In this document: piece by piece, positions 13,961 to 31,952 of the stretch
Position numbering within the stretch: the first letter of the stretch is position 1
How the letters are laid out: every line of letters starts with the position of its first letter
Source of the DNA: the human T2T-CHM13v2.0 reference genome, Homo sapiens
NCBI RefSeq assembly: GCF_009914755.1
Contig: NC_060934.1
Reading direction: 5' to 3' (one strand)
DNA length: 64,000 nt
Made by a program: the position numbers and the translations under genes
The notes under the pieces: model-generated
Told to the model about the DNA's origin: nothing
What the model saw: the letters and a program-made list of their open reading frames with translations, nothing else
The model's database searches: none

Positions 13961-16900
13961 TAGCAGAGCATTTTGCTCTAGCTAGGTAGGGCAATTTATT
14001 TCTCAACAAGAGCTGAAGGGCACGTACTTATCAAGTAAGAAAGGGAAGTGCACTAGGAATTGAGCATACTCATGCAGGAAAGCTGACTAGCAGTTTAATG
14101 TTATTTTCTCTTGCAATCAGCTGAAATACCCTAATAATGCTATTCTTCAACTTCAATTGCTTATTAAATAGCTAGGATAACAATTGCAAGTACATTCTCA
14201 TTATTTAAGCTTTTTGGAATTGACCACACTCCTAATGAGGGTCTCATCTAAGAGTTATGATGTGAACACAAGGAATAGCAGAAATTATCCTTTCAAATAT
14301 GGGCAATAATAGTGACCATGGCAGAAAAACACTGCTGTCGTGGTCTTCCTCCCATAGGATTACTCACTCATTCACGCACTCATTCATTGGCCAGATCTGT
14401 AGTTAGCAAGCCTTAGAGCTAGGTATTCTCCAAAGCATTGGGGAAATTGGTAAGAAATGATTGACTTGAGGCAATGGCCTTCAAGACAAAGTGAGGAGTG
14501 AAGGCACCTGTGAGAATGTGTTAAGTGCGAGCAGTGCTGTCCATGGTCCACAGAAGTAGGCAGGGTAGGGTGGGAGGGATAAGTTCTTTCTGTACACCCT
14601 GTCTGTGCAACTGGGCTGCAAAGTATTTGTGTGTTTGGAGGCATGGGGGGATGTTCAAATTATTGATATAAAAGAGAAACAACTGTATTTATTTAGACTG
14701 TCCATCAAGCAAACTTGGGAAGATATGGTGTCATCAAGCTTCCCCTTGGGACATAGATGGTTAAAAAGAGAGGCTCACCCTCCTCCGCAGGTGGCTTGAA
14801 TCTGTCTCCTGGCTGTGATTTCAAACACACTGGAGCCTGTCCCTGATGACAAGGTTCATGATGACAGCCACAATACTGCTCAACCTGATGTCTCAGAGGA
14901 CCCAGGAAGGAGGCAGCTTTCTGAAAATGGCTATGAGAAAAAACAGTAAATCCACATCTCTCTAAGTCTAAATACTTCCTGCTAAGAGTGTTATAGATTA
15001 CAGTTTCTACAATCATGAGAAACACTCACCTGGGGTTTGCTACCCACTGTATCTGGGTGTGGATATTAAAGACATTGTTCTAAATACTCTTCTCTACAAC
15101 TCAAGACAGAAATTTTCATCATCCTCACGCCTCAGAGGAAATGGCTTATTTTTGAAGCTCTATTAGTACATGTGCTCAAAACCCAAGTGTTTTTTTTCTT
15201 ATGTATGTTATGCCTTTGTTTTTATCTACGTTGTCTTTAAAAGTTTTTTGGTGCACATGGAAAAAAATAAATGAAAGAGAATTTTCACATCTCTCTAGGT
15301 GTACTATAAATTCAAATTTTCAAGCTTAAGAAATTTCAACAAATTTTGCTCTGGGTTTCATAAGTAATTACTTTAGGTTTATATTTTTTTTTTCTAATTT
15401 GTTTCTGTTGTTTTAGTTTTCCTTGCCAATTATCAAAATGTTCTCTAGAAAACAAAAATGTTAAAAATGAAATTCAGATGTCCGGCTAGAGACTTCTTGT
15501 TATACAAGGATTTTGCCTATCTCGGTCATGAAGGCTGCAACAAACTAAGATCAAACCCAAAAGGCCCATCTATGTACATTTCTACATGTGTCAAAGTCAA
15601 CGTATTCTGATATAGTTTCCAATTATTTCCCCTCATAAGAATGGTGACTGAAGTTTTTTTTTTTGTTGTGATTTCTTGTATCATCTGTGTCTCTTGAAAT
15701 GAATCATAAGGTAAATTGGCTGGACTCGGGCTCTTTTACAGAAGATAAATGATTTTGTGATATTTTAAACGTCTCTGTTTGTTGGGAGAGCATGCGCAAG
15801 GTGATCCATCTCAGCTCCACTTCCCTGTGAGAAACAAAGTCGCAGTGTAAAGCGATTTAGTCTTTTCTGTGTCGCAGAAGCATGGTCAGCATTGATGCTA
15901 TTTAGCATTTTATCAGCTGAGCACGAGAGGAGACAGGAGCTCTTTGAGCGCCGGGCGAAGGCCCTGTGGCTGATGCTGACCCCCGCTCGCTGTGCTGCAG
16001 GGTGCAGGAAGCAGCGGCAATTACGGCTCCACTGCATTTTGCCAGACACGGGGCTCAGAACAATAGGATTGTTGTGCGGCCGGAGAGCAATCATTCAAGT
16101 CCTGCTTGTCTGTGCTGAGCTCCAGCCAGCCGCTCAGGCCAAGTGGCTGAGCTGTCAGGACCGGCTGGAAAGTGAGGGACGGCCTTGGGCAGCTGCAGAG
16201 CACACTTTGGGTCACCTGGGGGGCTTGGGGTGGAGACACCTTGCACAGAAGCTGCCCCACTCTCCGAGTTCCCACTTCTCCTCACTCTTGGAAGAGGGAG
16301 ATGAATCCATCTTTTACCTCTGAAACAGATTTCTCTGGAAGCCCTGAGTAGCTGGAGAGAAGCAAAGGCCCCTCTCTCTGTAGCTCTTCCTGCCCTCTCT
16401 TTCCCTCACCCCACACTCTTCAGCGCTGGGCCTCTGGGGAAGGGCCGTTACACTGGGTTCCTTCCCACAGGTGCTGCCCTGCTTGGGAGAACCTGGCATG
16501 GGGCGAGGACGCTGCAGGCCTCCAGTTTGCTCAGATGCCAGTGTGTGAGGAGAGGGAGGGAGCAAAACAAACCCCACAGCTGAAAACAACACGACAGGGA
16601 AACACCGGAACCAAAGGTCCCACTGGAATGTAGAGAAATCACCTCTGCAGCTCCAGGCCTGTGGCTACCTGTAATAGGCTTTGTCTTTTTACCAGCATTT
16701 CGTAATAAATTAGTTCTCATTATGTAAAACATACTTTCCTCTCCTTTGTTCTTGGAATAATACCAGGGAGTTCTTTCTTCTCTTGGTCACAAATGTGCTT
16801 CCCCAGTAGAGCTCACGGCCTCACTCACATAAGACGGAGCCTGCTGGCCACACCCTCGACTCTAAGGCCATCCTGAGACTCACGCCTGCAGGTCTCTATT

Positions 16901-16999
16901 GCTGGGTTCTAGGAAGGTGCAGTACTATCAATGCTTATCAATGCTTCAAGTGCCGTATTTTCAGGCTAATGCAACTAACCAGAACCCTGTTTTCTCCCG

Positions 17000-17000
<1 letters not shown>

Positions 17001-17054
<54 letters not shown>

Positions 17055-17065
17055 CCCCCCCCCCC
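17001..17065. repeat. (AC)26 microsatellite running into poly-C
   Basis: Read directly from the sequence. Confidence 0.97.
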
Positions 17066-18099
17066 AGTAACTGTAACAAATGACGCCAGAGAGACAGACT
17101 TTGTCCCGTGTGGCCACAGGGGGTCGCTGGAGAGCGCCGGTCTGGTCTTGCAGGCTCAGGGAGGTCTTCCTCCTGCCTTTCTTTTATCAGCAAAAGCATC
17201 CTCTAAGTCGTCAGAAACAACCTTGCTTTGCTTCATAAAAAAATGGAGCAAGAAAATGTAAGAAAAAATCTATTGCTAAGTATTGAATAAAAGGGGATGC
17301 GGTGTGCAGATGAATCAACTGGTTTGTGAAGACAGCCCCCTGCAAAGGCTGCTGTGGGACAGTCAGCGGGCAGCCAGATGCCCAGGTGCTGAACTCCCAG
17401 AATAGACCTGTGGAACTGTGCCAGCAAAACTGGCCTTAGAATAATTTAGGAAAGAAAATTTTATGATATGCCAAGATAATTAATTATTAAAAACAGAAGA
17501 GAAAAAGTCCACACAAATGAACAGAAGGAACACAGTCATGTTTAGAGAATATGTTTGAAAAACATAATAATTACTGTGCTTTACCTGGCAAAAATAAATT
17601 GAAAATTGAAATGCTGAATCTAAAATAGAAAGTGTAAAGGAAAATATTTATTTTATTTTTTTGGTGTAACCTGCTGTATCGGAATGAATGGTTAGAGTTC
17701 ATTCAGCACTTTGATAAGTATATCTACCTATATTTTAGTAAGTAAATTGCTAAGGTAGTTTAAAAAACTCTAAGTGCATACACACATGTTCGTGGAAATA
17801 AAGTTTTAAAATAAGACACAAAAAATTCACTTTGGGCTAGAAAAGTGAAAAAGATTTCTGAGAATTTTCAGTTACCAAGATTGAGTTATCAATCATGTAA
17901 ATCTGAATGAGTAAAGGAAAGAATCATAGCCGATCAAAAAATATCTGAATACCTGCCACAGATAAGGCACACACAAGATATTCTGCAGGAAATGTGTACA
18001 TCATAATTCTTCAACTGTGTAGTATCAAAGGAATAGATGCCAAGGTATGAAAAGTTAACTAGTAATTCATATAGTCTTATAACAAGTTCTGCTAATTTT

Positions 18100-18250
18100 G
18101 ATATATACATACACACACATATACATATACATGCATTTACATATATGTATATGAAAATGCACATATATATTTTCATATATATAGAAAATACGTATATATG
18201 TGTATATGTATATGTGTATGTGTATACATATATATATATATATAAATATG
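18100..18250. repeat. TA/TATG-rich low-complexity repeat
   Basis: Read directly from the sequence. Confidence 0.85.
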
Positions 18251-18754
18251 AATTAAGAGCAGATAAGGCTGGGGCATTCTGAGAATTCTTCATTTAGCAG
18301 GTGAGTTTTCATTAATCCAGTAAACAATTTTTGAGTATCTAATAACCTTGAAATAGAAAAATGGCTTTGCTTCATGTTGCAGATTTGTATGTTTGGAAGC
18401 AGGAGAGAGATTTCAGGCTGAAAGGCAGAAGGAAGGGAATAGTCTACTTTGTTTCAGGGGTTCTGAGGAAGTCATTCTGGGGGAGTTATTGAAAGGCTTT
18501 TAATGGAAGCATGGAGATTTGAATTTTATTTTGTAAAGAAGCCATAGAAAATGTTTCAGTAGAAGAGTGGTTGGCTGATATCAACACAAAGACAAGATCC
18601 ACCTCAAAATGCTTTTCTTGTACTCCTTCTATGCTAGGGAATATATTCCTTCCCACCTCCAATTTTTCTAATTCTGATTTGCCCCCTGAATGAAAAATTC
18701 TTAGGAGCCATGAGGGTTTGAAGCATATACACTTGGACCAGGCCCATAACCAAC

Positions 18755-19100
18755 TGTATTAGTCATCACCTGCCAGGTGCTGCTGAAGTAACAAATACTC
18801 CTGGCATCTGAAAGGCTTACAACAGCAAAGGCTCATTTCCAATACCATTGCCTATCAGCTGTGGCCTTGCTCCACAAGGTCCTCCTCATCCTCAAATCCA
18901 GGGTGATGACAACCTTCATCTAGGGCTTTGCTGTGCTCAAAGTAGAAGGAAAAGAACAGTGACTGAACCATGAGATGGCTTTCAAAGCTCCTGCTCAGCC
19001 ATGATCAACATCACTTCCAGTCTCCTCTCATTGACCAAAGCAAGTAACATGGGCAGCCTGGAGTTGATGGGATGAGGCAGATGAGCCCATCGTGGGAAAG
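18755..19100 (-). mobile_element. Old MaLR LTR (MLT1J/K/L-like) fragment
   Basis: 'tgtattagtca...gctgctgaagtaacaaa...ggcttacaacagcaaagg..catttc' resembles a reverse-oriented MLT1 terminus. Confidence 0.5.
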
Positions 19101-20367
19101 GGCTGGAATCATGGGAGTGGAGTGCAGTGATGCACGTTCATTCACACGTGTCCACGTGACCCATGGACACACAAAGGAAAGGACTCAGAATCTTTCCCCA
19201 AGTGTTTTCTTTATCTTCTTTTTCTTTACTTTTGGCTTGAGCAGTGGAAGAGGGTGTGAGGAGGGAAGAGCCTCTCTCTGTTAGGAACCTGGAAATATGT
19301 GGTGTCAGAGCCCATGGAAGCCATGGCAGCTGGTAAGTCAAAGAAAATAGACTTGAGAAAATAAAGCCTCCATGAAGAAGGAGCAAGGAGAAAATAAAAA
19401 AATGAGGAGTGTGGCGGTTCAATCACACCTGCTTTTCCTGTAAGCTGGTTCTTTGAAAAACAGTAATTAAGTTGATAAGCTCCTAAAAGAACCCATCAAG
19501 AAAAAAGAGAAAAATACACACTTCCAATAGCAGTAATGAAAAAAAAAATCACCACACATCCTGATAACATCAGAAAGGCAATAAGGAAATATTATGAATC
19601 AACTTCATACCAATAAAATAGCTAGATTAAATGGACAACTTCCTCAAAACACGATTTGCCAATATGGATGGAAATGAAATATGAAATCTGAGTATGACAT
19701 TTATTAAGCAATTCTAATTTGTTATAAAAAACATCTTCATTAAAAAAAGAAATTCTTGACACTTAGTCACACTAAATTTTGTGTAACATTAACAAAATAA
19801 ATAATTCCAATCTTACCCCCAAATCCTTCAGAAAATAGAGGGGAAAAGAACATTTTCTCACTCAATTTATAAGGATAGCATATTGCTGATACTAAAATGC
19901 AGCAAACTGAGAATTCAAGGCTACTTGCTTGATTCAAGGAGGTGAACCTATGGAAAAGTCAATAGCAAACATCACAGTTAAGAGTATAATACTGAACATT
20001 TTCCACAAGGCCAGGAACATGGCAAGTGTATCCACTCTTGTTATTTCTATTAAACTTTGTACTTGAATTCCTAGCTAGTGCAATAAGGCATGAAAAAGAA
20101 ATCAAGATATAGATATGAGAGAGAGGTTAAACTGTGCTTATTCACAACACAAGTGTAGAAAAATCCTAAGTAATTTACAATAAAGAATTCTACTGAATCT
20201 AGTAATGAATTTAGTACAAAGGACACTAAGTTGACATATAAAAATCCACTGAATTTTATATGCTAGCAGCAAACTATGGAAAGGCAATTAAATAATTCCA
20301 TCTTCAATAACCATTAGAACACATACTACTTTGAGAAACAAATTTATCAAAGAAGCATAAGAACTAT

Positions 20368-20737
20368 TGATATGGTTTGGTTGTGTCCTCACCCAAATCT
20401 CATCTTGAACTTTAACTCCCATGGTTCCCACATGTTGTGGGAGGAACCTGGTGGGAGGTGATTGAGTTATGGGGGTGGGTCTTTCCTGTGCTGTTCTTGT
20501 GATAGTCAATGAGTCTCATGAGATTTAATGGTTTTAAAAATGGGAGTTCCCCTGCACAAACTCTCTTTTTGCCTGCTGCCATCCATGTAAGATGTAACTT
20601 GCTCCTCCTTGCCTTCTGCCATGATTGTGAGGCCTCCCCAGCCAGGTGGAGCTGTAAGTCCATTAAACCTCTTTTCTTTTGTAAATTGTCCAGTCTTGGG
20701 TATGCTTTTATCAGCAGCATGTAAACAGACTAGTACA
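20368..20737 (+). mobile_element. THE1 (C/D-like) solo LTR (MaLR)
   Basis: Starts 'tgatatggtttggttgtgtcctcacccaaatctcatcttgaa' and ends 'cagactagtaca'. 5-bp TSD actat/aatat. Confidence 0.93.
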
Positions 20738-21557
20738 AATATTCTCTAAAAACTACAAAAGATTCCTGAAGGAAATTAAGGAAGTCCTGAATAAATAGAC
20801 ATGTTAAGCATATGGATTTAAAAAATCAAAATTGTTAAAATGTAAACTGTTCCCAAACTATTCTACATTCTCTGCTATCCCAATAATAATGTAGGTGGCT
20901 TTTGGTGAAAGTTGATAGTCATCTCTTAAACTTATGGACTTGCGAAGGATCTAGAATAGTCAAATTGATCTTGAAAATTAAGTACAAGGCTGGAGGACCT
21001 GTAATACCTAACACCAAGACCTAAGGCTGCAGCAATCAAGAAACCGAATATTGGTCTATAGATAGGAAAGGTGAATCCTCATAGTTCTACACATAGATCA
21101 ACACTAATGCTGTCAATGGAATGTTTAGTTCCCACCACTTAACGATCTACTTACCAATGGTGCTGGTGGTGCACGAGAAGCCAGGGGTCCCTAAACCTCT
21201 GCCTGGGCCTCAATCTTCCTCTCTTGCCACTGTCAGGCTGGTGGTCAAAGTGTAGTAGCATGCAAAGTCCATGTTCAAGTCAGGGATGAGCTCAGCCAAG
21301 TGTTCCTTGAAGGCAGGGTCAGCCCAGCCACACAGGTGAAGAGGTGGGTGGTACTGGCAAAACAGCAGGAGATAGCAGGGTGTTTGTCACAGCCAAGCTG
21401 CCCTTGGGAGCCTCTGACCAGCACCTGCCTCCCACCTTCTCATAGCCATCGCACAGGGCAGCTTCTGCGGGCTGCAGGGTGGCCTTGGGAGAGACACATT
21501 GAGATGGGGACACAAAATGACAGGCCCTAGAGCTTCCCATTCATGATGGCAAACTGA

Positions 21558-21855
<298 letters not shown>

Positions 21856-22429
21856 GGCAAACTAACTTTTAAATGCAACATCAAAGCAATTAAATGGTTA
21901 AACGAAGTCTCCTTAATAAATACAAAAAAACAAAACCATCCTGAGCACTACCCCACATCATATGTTAAAATAGAAAACACAACCCCCAAGTCACACGGTA
22001 CACAAAACTTAATTCAAGGTGGATCTTATATTTAACAACGAAAATGAAAACATAAAACTTATAGCAGAAAATATAAGAGGATATTTTCACAAACCCAAGG
22101 ATAAACATTTCTTACACAGGACCCAGAAATCACAGTCATTAAAAAAGAAGTATATTAGACTTCATAAAAGTTAATAAAACTTCTCATCAAAATGCACTAT
22201 TAAAATTTGTGAATGAGCAAAACAATGATTGGGAAAAATATTTCCAAAATATGTATCTGTCAGGGGATATATATTGAGACTATAAAAAGAATCCCTGCAA
22301 CTAAACAACAATAAAAAGCAAGAAAAAGGCTTGAACAACCACTTTACAAGAATACATGTGAATGGTCAATAAGGAGATAAAAGAATGTTCAACATCACTT
22401 GTGTTCAGAGAAATCCACGTTGAAACCTC

Positions 22430-22680
22430 TGTGTTAGAGAAGTTTTGGTCAGGCCTGGGTTATGGGGTGTGAGCCTCAGGTCCAATGTCAATGAGTCCGC
22501 AATGGTTATTAAACACGGCATCTTTAAACAGAAGCACACACCCAACAAGGTTAGCTATTGACTATTTGACGAAAATGTGTGACCAGTGGCTTTCAGGAAC
22601 CTAACCTTGTGTTTTCCAGGGGAGCAATGGTTGAGGCTGATTCAGGGTCAAGTTGACTTCAGAGAACATGAGAATCTGTG
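22430..22680 (-). mobile_element. MER82/Tigger-type TcMar DNA transposon fragment
   Basis: 'tctttaaacagaagcacaca..aacaaggtta...tgacgaaaatgtgtgaccag..caggaacctaacc..ggagcaatggtt' matches the reverse of the recalled MER82 consensus. Confidence 0.65.
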
Positions 22681-22899
22681 TTTAAATCTGCACAGTACTC
22701 TTGGTTCACTTATTCCCTTCCAGGCCCTTTTTCATGCCTATCCCTGTGCTGGATGATGGATTATAGTCAGGACCCGGAGCAGACACAGCCCTTTTCTTGC
22801 CTTCTTTACAGTGAAGACCGACATAACACAATCAACCAGGTGGTTCCCCAGCTGAGGGGTCCGTTCCCAAGACAGGCCCACAGGCTCCGGGAGCACCGA

Positions 22900-23078
22900 C
22901 CTGGCCATTGCTCTCTCGGGAGGGTGGGAGGAGGGAGAGCACCAGGAAGAATAACTCCTGGGTCCCAGGCTCAGTACCTGGGTGACTAAATAATCTGTAC
23001 AACACACCTCCTAACTAGGGACATGAGTTTACCTAGATTACAAAGCTGCATATGTACCCTGGAACCTAAAATAGAAGT
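22900..23078 (+). mobile_element. 3' terminal fragment of an older primate L1 (L1PA13-16/L1PB-like)
   Basis: 'gggtgggaggagggagag...tacctgggtgac.aaataatctgtacaaca...gacatgagtttacct...atgtaccctggaacctaaaata'. Confidence 0.75.
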
Positions 23079-25797
23079 TTTTTTTTTTCTTTTTAAGGTT
23101 TCCACTAAAAAAGCGACAACTGAGATGAGACCTGCTCAGTGATTGCGACTGAGTGAATATGAATGTGGGGTGCAAAGAGTACCCCCCAAAGAAGGGGAAG
23201 GTTTTACTGAAAAAGCCCTGAGGCCAAAGAAGCAGTACCTTATCTAAAGCCTTTGTTCATAGAATGCCCTGATGCTGCAGGGTATTGGAGGTGGTCCCTC
23301 TCCACATCTAAAGATGAGCGACTCCAGGCTGAGAAAGAAAGCCTCTTGCTGCAGATCACTCTTTCACGCAGGTCATGGCTGCCCCTCCTGGGTAAAGTAG
23401 ACAGCTTTTTGGTTGAAACCCTTGGTGATATTTACTTAATTCCCCCAGTCTCTCACTCTACAGCCCTCCCCAACTTTCAGCTCCATCGTCCTGTCCTTTG
23501 AATCCCGTTGTCTCTATCTTACAGGAGAGAGTGAAGGGCTCTCCTTTTGCAAGGCTGTCCTGAAGTCTTAATTCCTCCCTTCCAAGAAAACCAGCAGCTG
23601 ATCATCATCTTAAGCAGATCAGCACCAGCAGCCAGATGCCGTTCAGGCTTAAGTGCCCAGAAAGCCTCACGGATTAATTGCACACTCTGTGTCATTAACC
23701 TCCAGGTCGGATTAGGTCACCTCGATTAAAAGCTGATGCTGGAAAGATTGAAAAGGGTGAGAAAGTCCTGGATACGAAGGCAAAAACTTAAAGCATGAAT
23801 GTCCCAATCCTCGGGGCTTTAAAACAATAGTCCAGCAGTCTGATTCATTCAGAAATCTCTTCGTCTGTTTTTGTTCGCACACTCACACACACTCACACAC
23901 ATACATTTCCATCCTTTGCACGCATAAAGTTACTTTCAGAAGTTCAATCTACTGCCATGACGAGATTCTTTTGCTGTCATTATTGATGTTGCTGGTTGTT
24001 TTGTTGTTGTTGTTGTTTTGTGGGATAATAGTATGTTACAAACATTTGTAAATTCCATTAAATTATAACACAAAACCCCCCAATGGCCAATTCTTTGTAT
24101 AAAATTTGAGCCCGATTGGTTGCCCTCAGAGCCTGCAGTAATGTGGTCATTTGCCGTGGAAGTGGGGTTTCCTGTGTTGCTTTGGTAATAGAGTCCTGTT
24201 ATGGGCTAATTACCCGTGAGGACTGGTCACGTCCAGGTCTGTGAGCGCTTATGCCAATTTCAATCCCAAAGGAAATGGCCTGACTTACTTCTACTGATTG
24301 GTCTGTAGAGGAGTAAGATGTCTAAGTAGAGAGGAACAACTGCTGCAGAGCAGAACTTTCTATGCCTCCTGTCCCTTTATGGAAGCCTCGTGAATCCTTC
24401 TGATGAACAAATGGATGAAGTTTCACAAGTATGCCTTGGATTTGCAACAGTTCTGTCATGAACAGGACTTTCATTGACAAAGTTTAGCCCCAAGACAACT
24501 TTTTAAAAAACCATCTTGTTTTCTTAAACCATGTCTTCCTTGCTGTGATTGCATAGCAAGGTTACTGACGTAGGACGGCCACTCTCACACTCTGTTATTT
24601 TATCGCATTTTATGTTTAACAGATTGTAATTACATAAAATACTGTAGGTTCTCCCGAATGCTAATAATGACTGAGGATATATGAATGTATAAGTATTATT
24701 AATTTATTGTGCTGTTAAAAATGCAGTTTTATGACAGTTTTAACTGGGTTAACCCTGTGTGTGTGTGTGTGTGAGAGAGAGTGAGTGAGAGAGGGAATTT
24801 TAATAGAGGGCAGTACCATTATTTAATCTTCTTTTTATCAAGTGAGTTTTCAAAATATATTTAAAATTCTCACCTCTCCACTTTCTTGATGGCATATTTG
24901 GTTTTATGCTAAACTGAATTCAGAAAATCCTGTTAATGAAGATGGTTTAATGCCTGTGCATTATTATAACGGACCCCTTTGTTCTGCAGTTTCCCTGCAA
25001 CATGGACTAAGTCATTAATCAATGGGTGCCGAAAAATAATTGTCTAGTTCTTAACAATTGTCTATTGTTGAAGCATTTGGAATTTTAAGATAAAGATGTA
25101 CAGGCTGCTCTAAAAAATGGTTTAAGATTACCCTTCATGGAATTGTGGACATATTGTTGGAAGCAGGAAGCAGCTGACCCGGTTTTAATGCATTTTTGAG
25201 TCTCGCTGTTCAATTGCCTATTCAAATTGTGCTGGAAAAGTTGACTTCATTAATGTCAGGAAATAATGATTTCATATTTTGTATTGAGCTGGCATGGTTG
25301 TTAAATGCAGAAATATCATAGAATTCTTCAGCATTTTGAAATCGAGTGAAGCATGTGAATAATCACAATAACTTTTTGTCTATTTAACAACAGTTTTTGT
25401 ACGTGGCACTCCCATCTTAGATACCTGCTATAAATAAGAACCCTGTATCTGAATGATTACTAGTCAGCAAGAAATATATGACTACAGCATGCTGCTTTAG
25501 TGGCTCAAAATTAGACATCTTTCTCACTGAAAATGCTGTAATTTGAAATGTCAATAAATACATTTCATGCCATCTTATACTGTAAAAAATTACCCCTTAA
25601 ATCTGTCAAGATCGAAGTCTAACTCATGGCCTGAAAAAAAAAAAGTAAATTCTAACTTGGGGAACGATGTGTGCCCCGATTTTTAAGTGTGCCTCCCCTT
25701 CTAAATTCGCTGATATGACTAAGTCTCCCTAGACGGCATTCCCAGGGACTGTCTTAAGACATGCTTATTTTTGGTATAGCAGTAACCTGTTACAGAC

Positions 25798-26116
25798 TTT
25801 TTTATTTATTTATTTATTTTATTTTATTTTTTTTTTGAGACGGAGTCTCGCTCTGTCGCCCAGGCTGCAGTGCAGTGGCGCGATCTCGGCTCACTGCAGG
25901 CTCCGCCTCCCGGGTTCACGCATTCTCCTGCCTCAGCCTCCCGAGTAGCTGGGACCACAGGCGCCCGCCACCACGCACGGCTAATTTTTTCTATTTTTAG
26001 TAGAGACGGGGTTTCACCGTGTTAGTCAGGATGGTCTCGATCTCCTGACCTCGTGATCTGCCTGCCTCAGCCTCCCAAAGTGCTGGGATTACAGACGTGA
26101 GCCACAGCGCCAGGCC
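25798..26116 (-). mobile_element. AluY, full length
   Basis: Y diagnostics 'gggttcacg', 'caccgtgttag..aggatggtctcgatctcctgacctcgtgat'. TSD cagacttt at 25793-25800 and 26117-26124. Confidence 0.96.
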
Positions 26117-27166
26117 CAGACTTTAATTAATAATTATTATTGAGTGATTTTTATTTGGTGAGTACCTGGAATAAATACCGTTTCTTAATTGGAGAAAAAA
26201 GATAGTTGTGTTTGTCTCAATACCCCTTCCCCAGTGGGACCAATTGCAATTATTCTTTTTTCTCTTGTCTCTAACAAGGCACTGAAAAATGATCAGGCTT
26301 CTGTCTCTTACATGTATTCAGTGAGTCTTCAGGGTACGTTAAGGCAGGAAGGGGAAGCTGGCCCCTCCCGCCACTTTAAAGTCTAGGAGGGTGAGGCTAT
26401 GGAGAGCACCCGGCTTATTTCAATGAGAACCATCTTTGGGGAGCTTCTCTGGGCAGAACATGACACACACACATTATCCTGTTGAGCCTTCACCTTCACC
26501 CAGCCAGAATGAGGAGATGCATTGCCATGGTTGTACAGGTGAGGAAATGGGCGGATGGGCCACCCAAGCCACGCAGCTCGAATCCCAGAGCCGTGATCAG
26601 AAACCGGTCTGCCTCACTCCAGAGCCCCCAGTTCTCCCTTCACGCTGCTTTCCATTCTCAGTCTCATGCTCCTGAGGGAAGACAGAGATCCTGACCCCAG
26701 GGCCCAGGTGATTTCCAAGGCATCAACTATGGTTTGACAGTGTCAGCTTTGGGGGCATTCAGGGCTCATGGCACCCAAGCACACACACTATTCGCTGGAG
26801 TAGTCCCACGGGAAAAAATAGTGAATACATGTGTATGTATACATTTATACACATTAGTTCATTATATTACATTGTATATACGCATGCAGATGCCTGTATT
26901 ACATTACATGATGTATATTTAAACATATACATATGTCACATACACTATATTACATTGTGTATATATGTATACGAATACATATATATGCATTCTGGCCTCT
27001 TTAGTAAGCAGTATGTGTGTTGGGGTGAATCAGAAACCACTCACATTTTTGCCTCTCCCGCTTCCCTTTTCAAAAATGTTGATGGAAAAACAAAACAAAA
27101 CAAAACAAAGCAAAACCAAACAAAACACTTTCTACCTCTGAAAACCTGGCCTGAACTCCTGATATT

Positions 27167-27387
27167 TGCTGTGGTTTAAGTGTGTCCCCCAAATTTCATG
27201 TGTTGGAGACTTAATCCCCAGTTTGGTCGTATTGAAAGTTGGGGCCTTTACGAGGTGATTGGATCGTGAAGGCTCTGACTTCATGAATAGATTAATCTAT
27301 TGGCGGACTCATGGATCAATAAATTAATGGGTTAATAGATTAATGGGTAATCATGGGAGTGGAACTGGTGGCCTTATAAAGAGAGGT
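27167..27387 (+). mobile_element. MSTD-like MaLR LTR, 5' half only
   Basis: 'tgctgtggtttaagtgtgtcccccaaatttcatgtgttggagacttaatcccc...gattaatgggt..tcatgggagtggaactggtggccttataa'. Breaks off at the VNTR. Confidence 0.75.
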
Positions 27388-27803
27388 CCTGGGAGTGACC
27401 ACTGGTCGGAGTTCTCCTGTGGCCTCTGCACTCCAGCCAGTCCTCCTGCATGGCCAGCCCTGGGAGTGACCACTGGTCCAAGCTCTCCTGTGGCCTTTGC
27501 ATTCTGGCCAGTCCTCCTGCATGGACAGCCGTGGGGGTGACCACTGGTTGGAGCTCTCCCGAGGCCTCTGCACTCCTGGCCAGTCCTCCTGCATGGACAG
27601 CCGTGGAGGTGACCACTGGTTGGAGCTCTCCTGTGGTGTCTGCACTCTGGCCAGCTCTCCTGCATGGACAACTGTGGGGTGGCTGACCACTGGTTGGAGC
27701 TCTCCTGTGGCCTCTGCACTCCCGGCCAGTCCTCCCGCATGGACAGCCGTGGAGGTGACAACTGGTCGGAGCTCTCCCTAGGCCTCTGCACTCCGGCAAG
27801 TCC
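27388..27803. repeat. GC-rich minisatellite, 71-74-bp unit x~5.8
   Basis: The 'GTGACCACTGGT' anchor recurs at 27395, 27466, 27537, 27609, 27683 and 27755. Confidence 0.95.
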
Positions 27804-28064
27804 GAATGGGTCTCGTCCTTTGCAGATACACGCTGGGCTCTCTGAGCAGCTCCTCCCTGGCTCCTCCTTGGGCTGGCATGAGCTGCCTCATCTTCTCACT
27901 GGAATATGGCACATAAGGTTACCCAGAATGTTTCTTCTAGATAAGCACTGATCTTCTCAAGCTCTGCGTGTTTTCATACGCAAGGTTGAATGAGAGCCAG
28001 TTCTAGACCTAAACAGAAATACCTTTCCCGAGGAAATAGAATTTTAAATTCTTCTGCTTAATGA

Positions 28065-28379
<315 letters not shown>

Positions 28380-28421
28380 ATGAGAGAATATTTAATGTAG
28401 TTTTTATTTAAAAATCTGTTT

Positions 28422-31952
<3,531 letters not shown>

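Noticed and set aside
14533-14553. REST/RE1-like sites (gtgctgtccatggt; catggacagc in the 71-bp VNTR; cagcaccgcgg near 6096)
   Set aside because: Only half-sites match; none has both RE1 halves.
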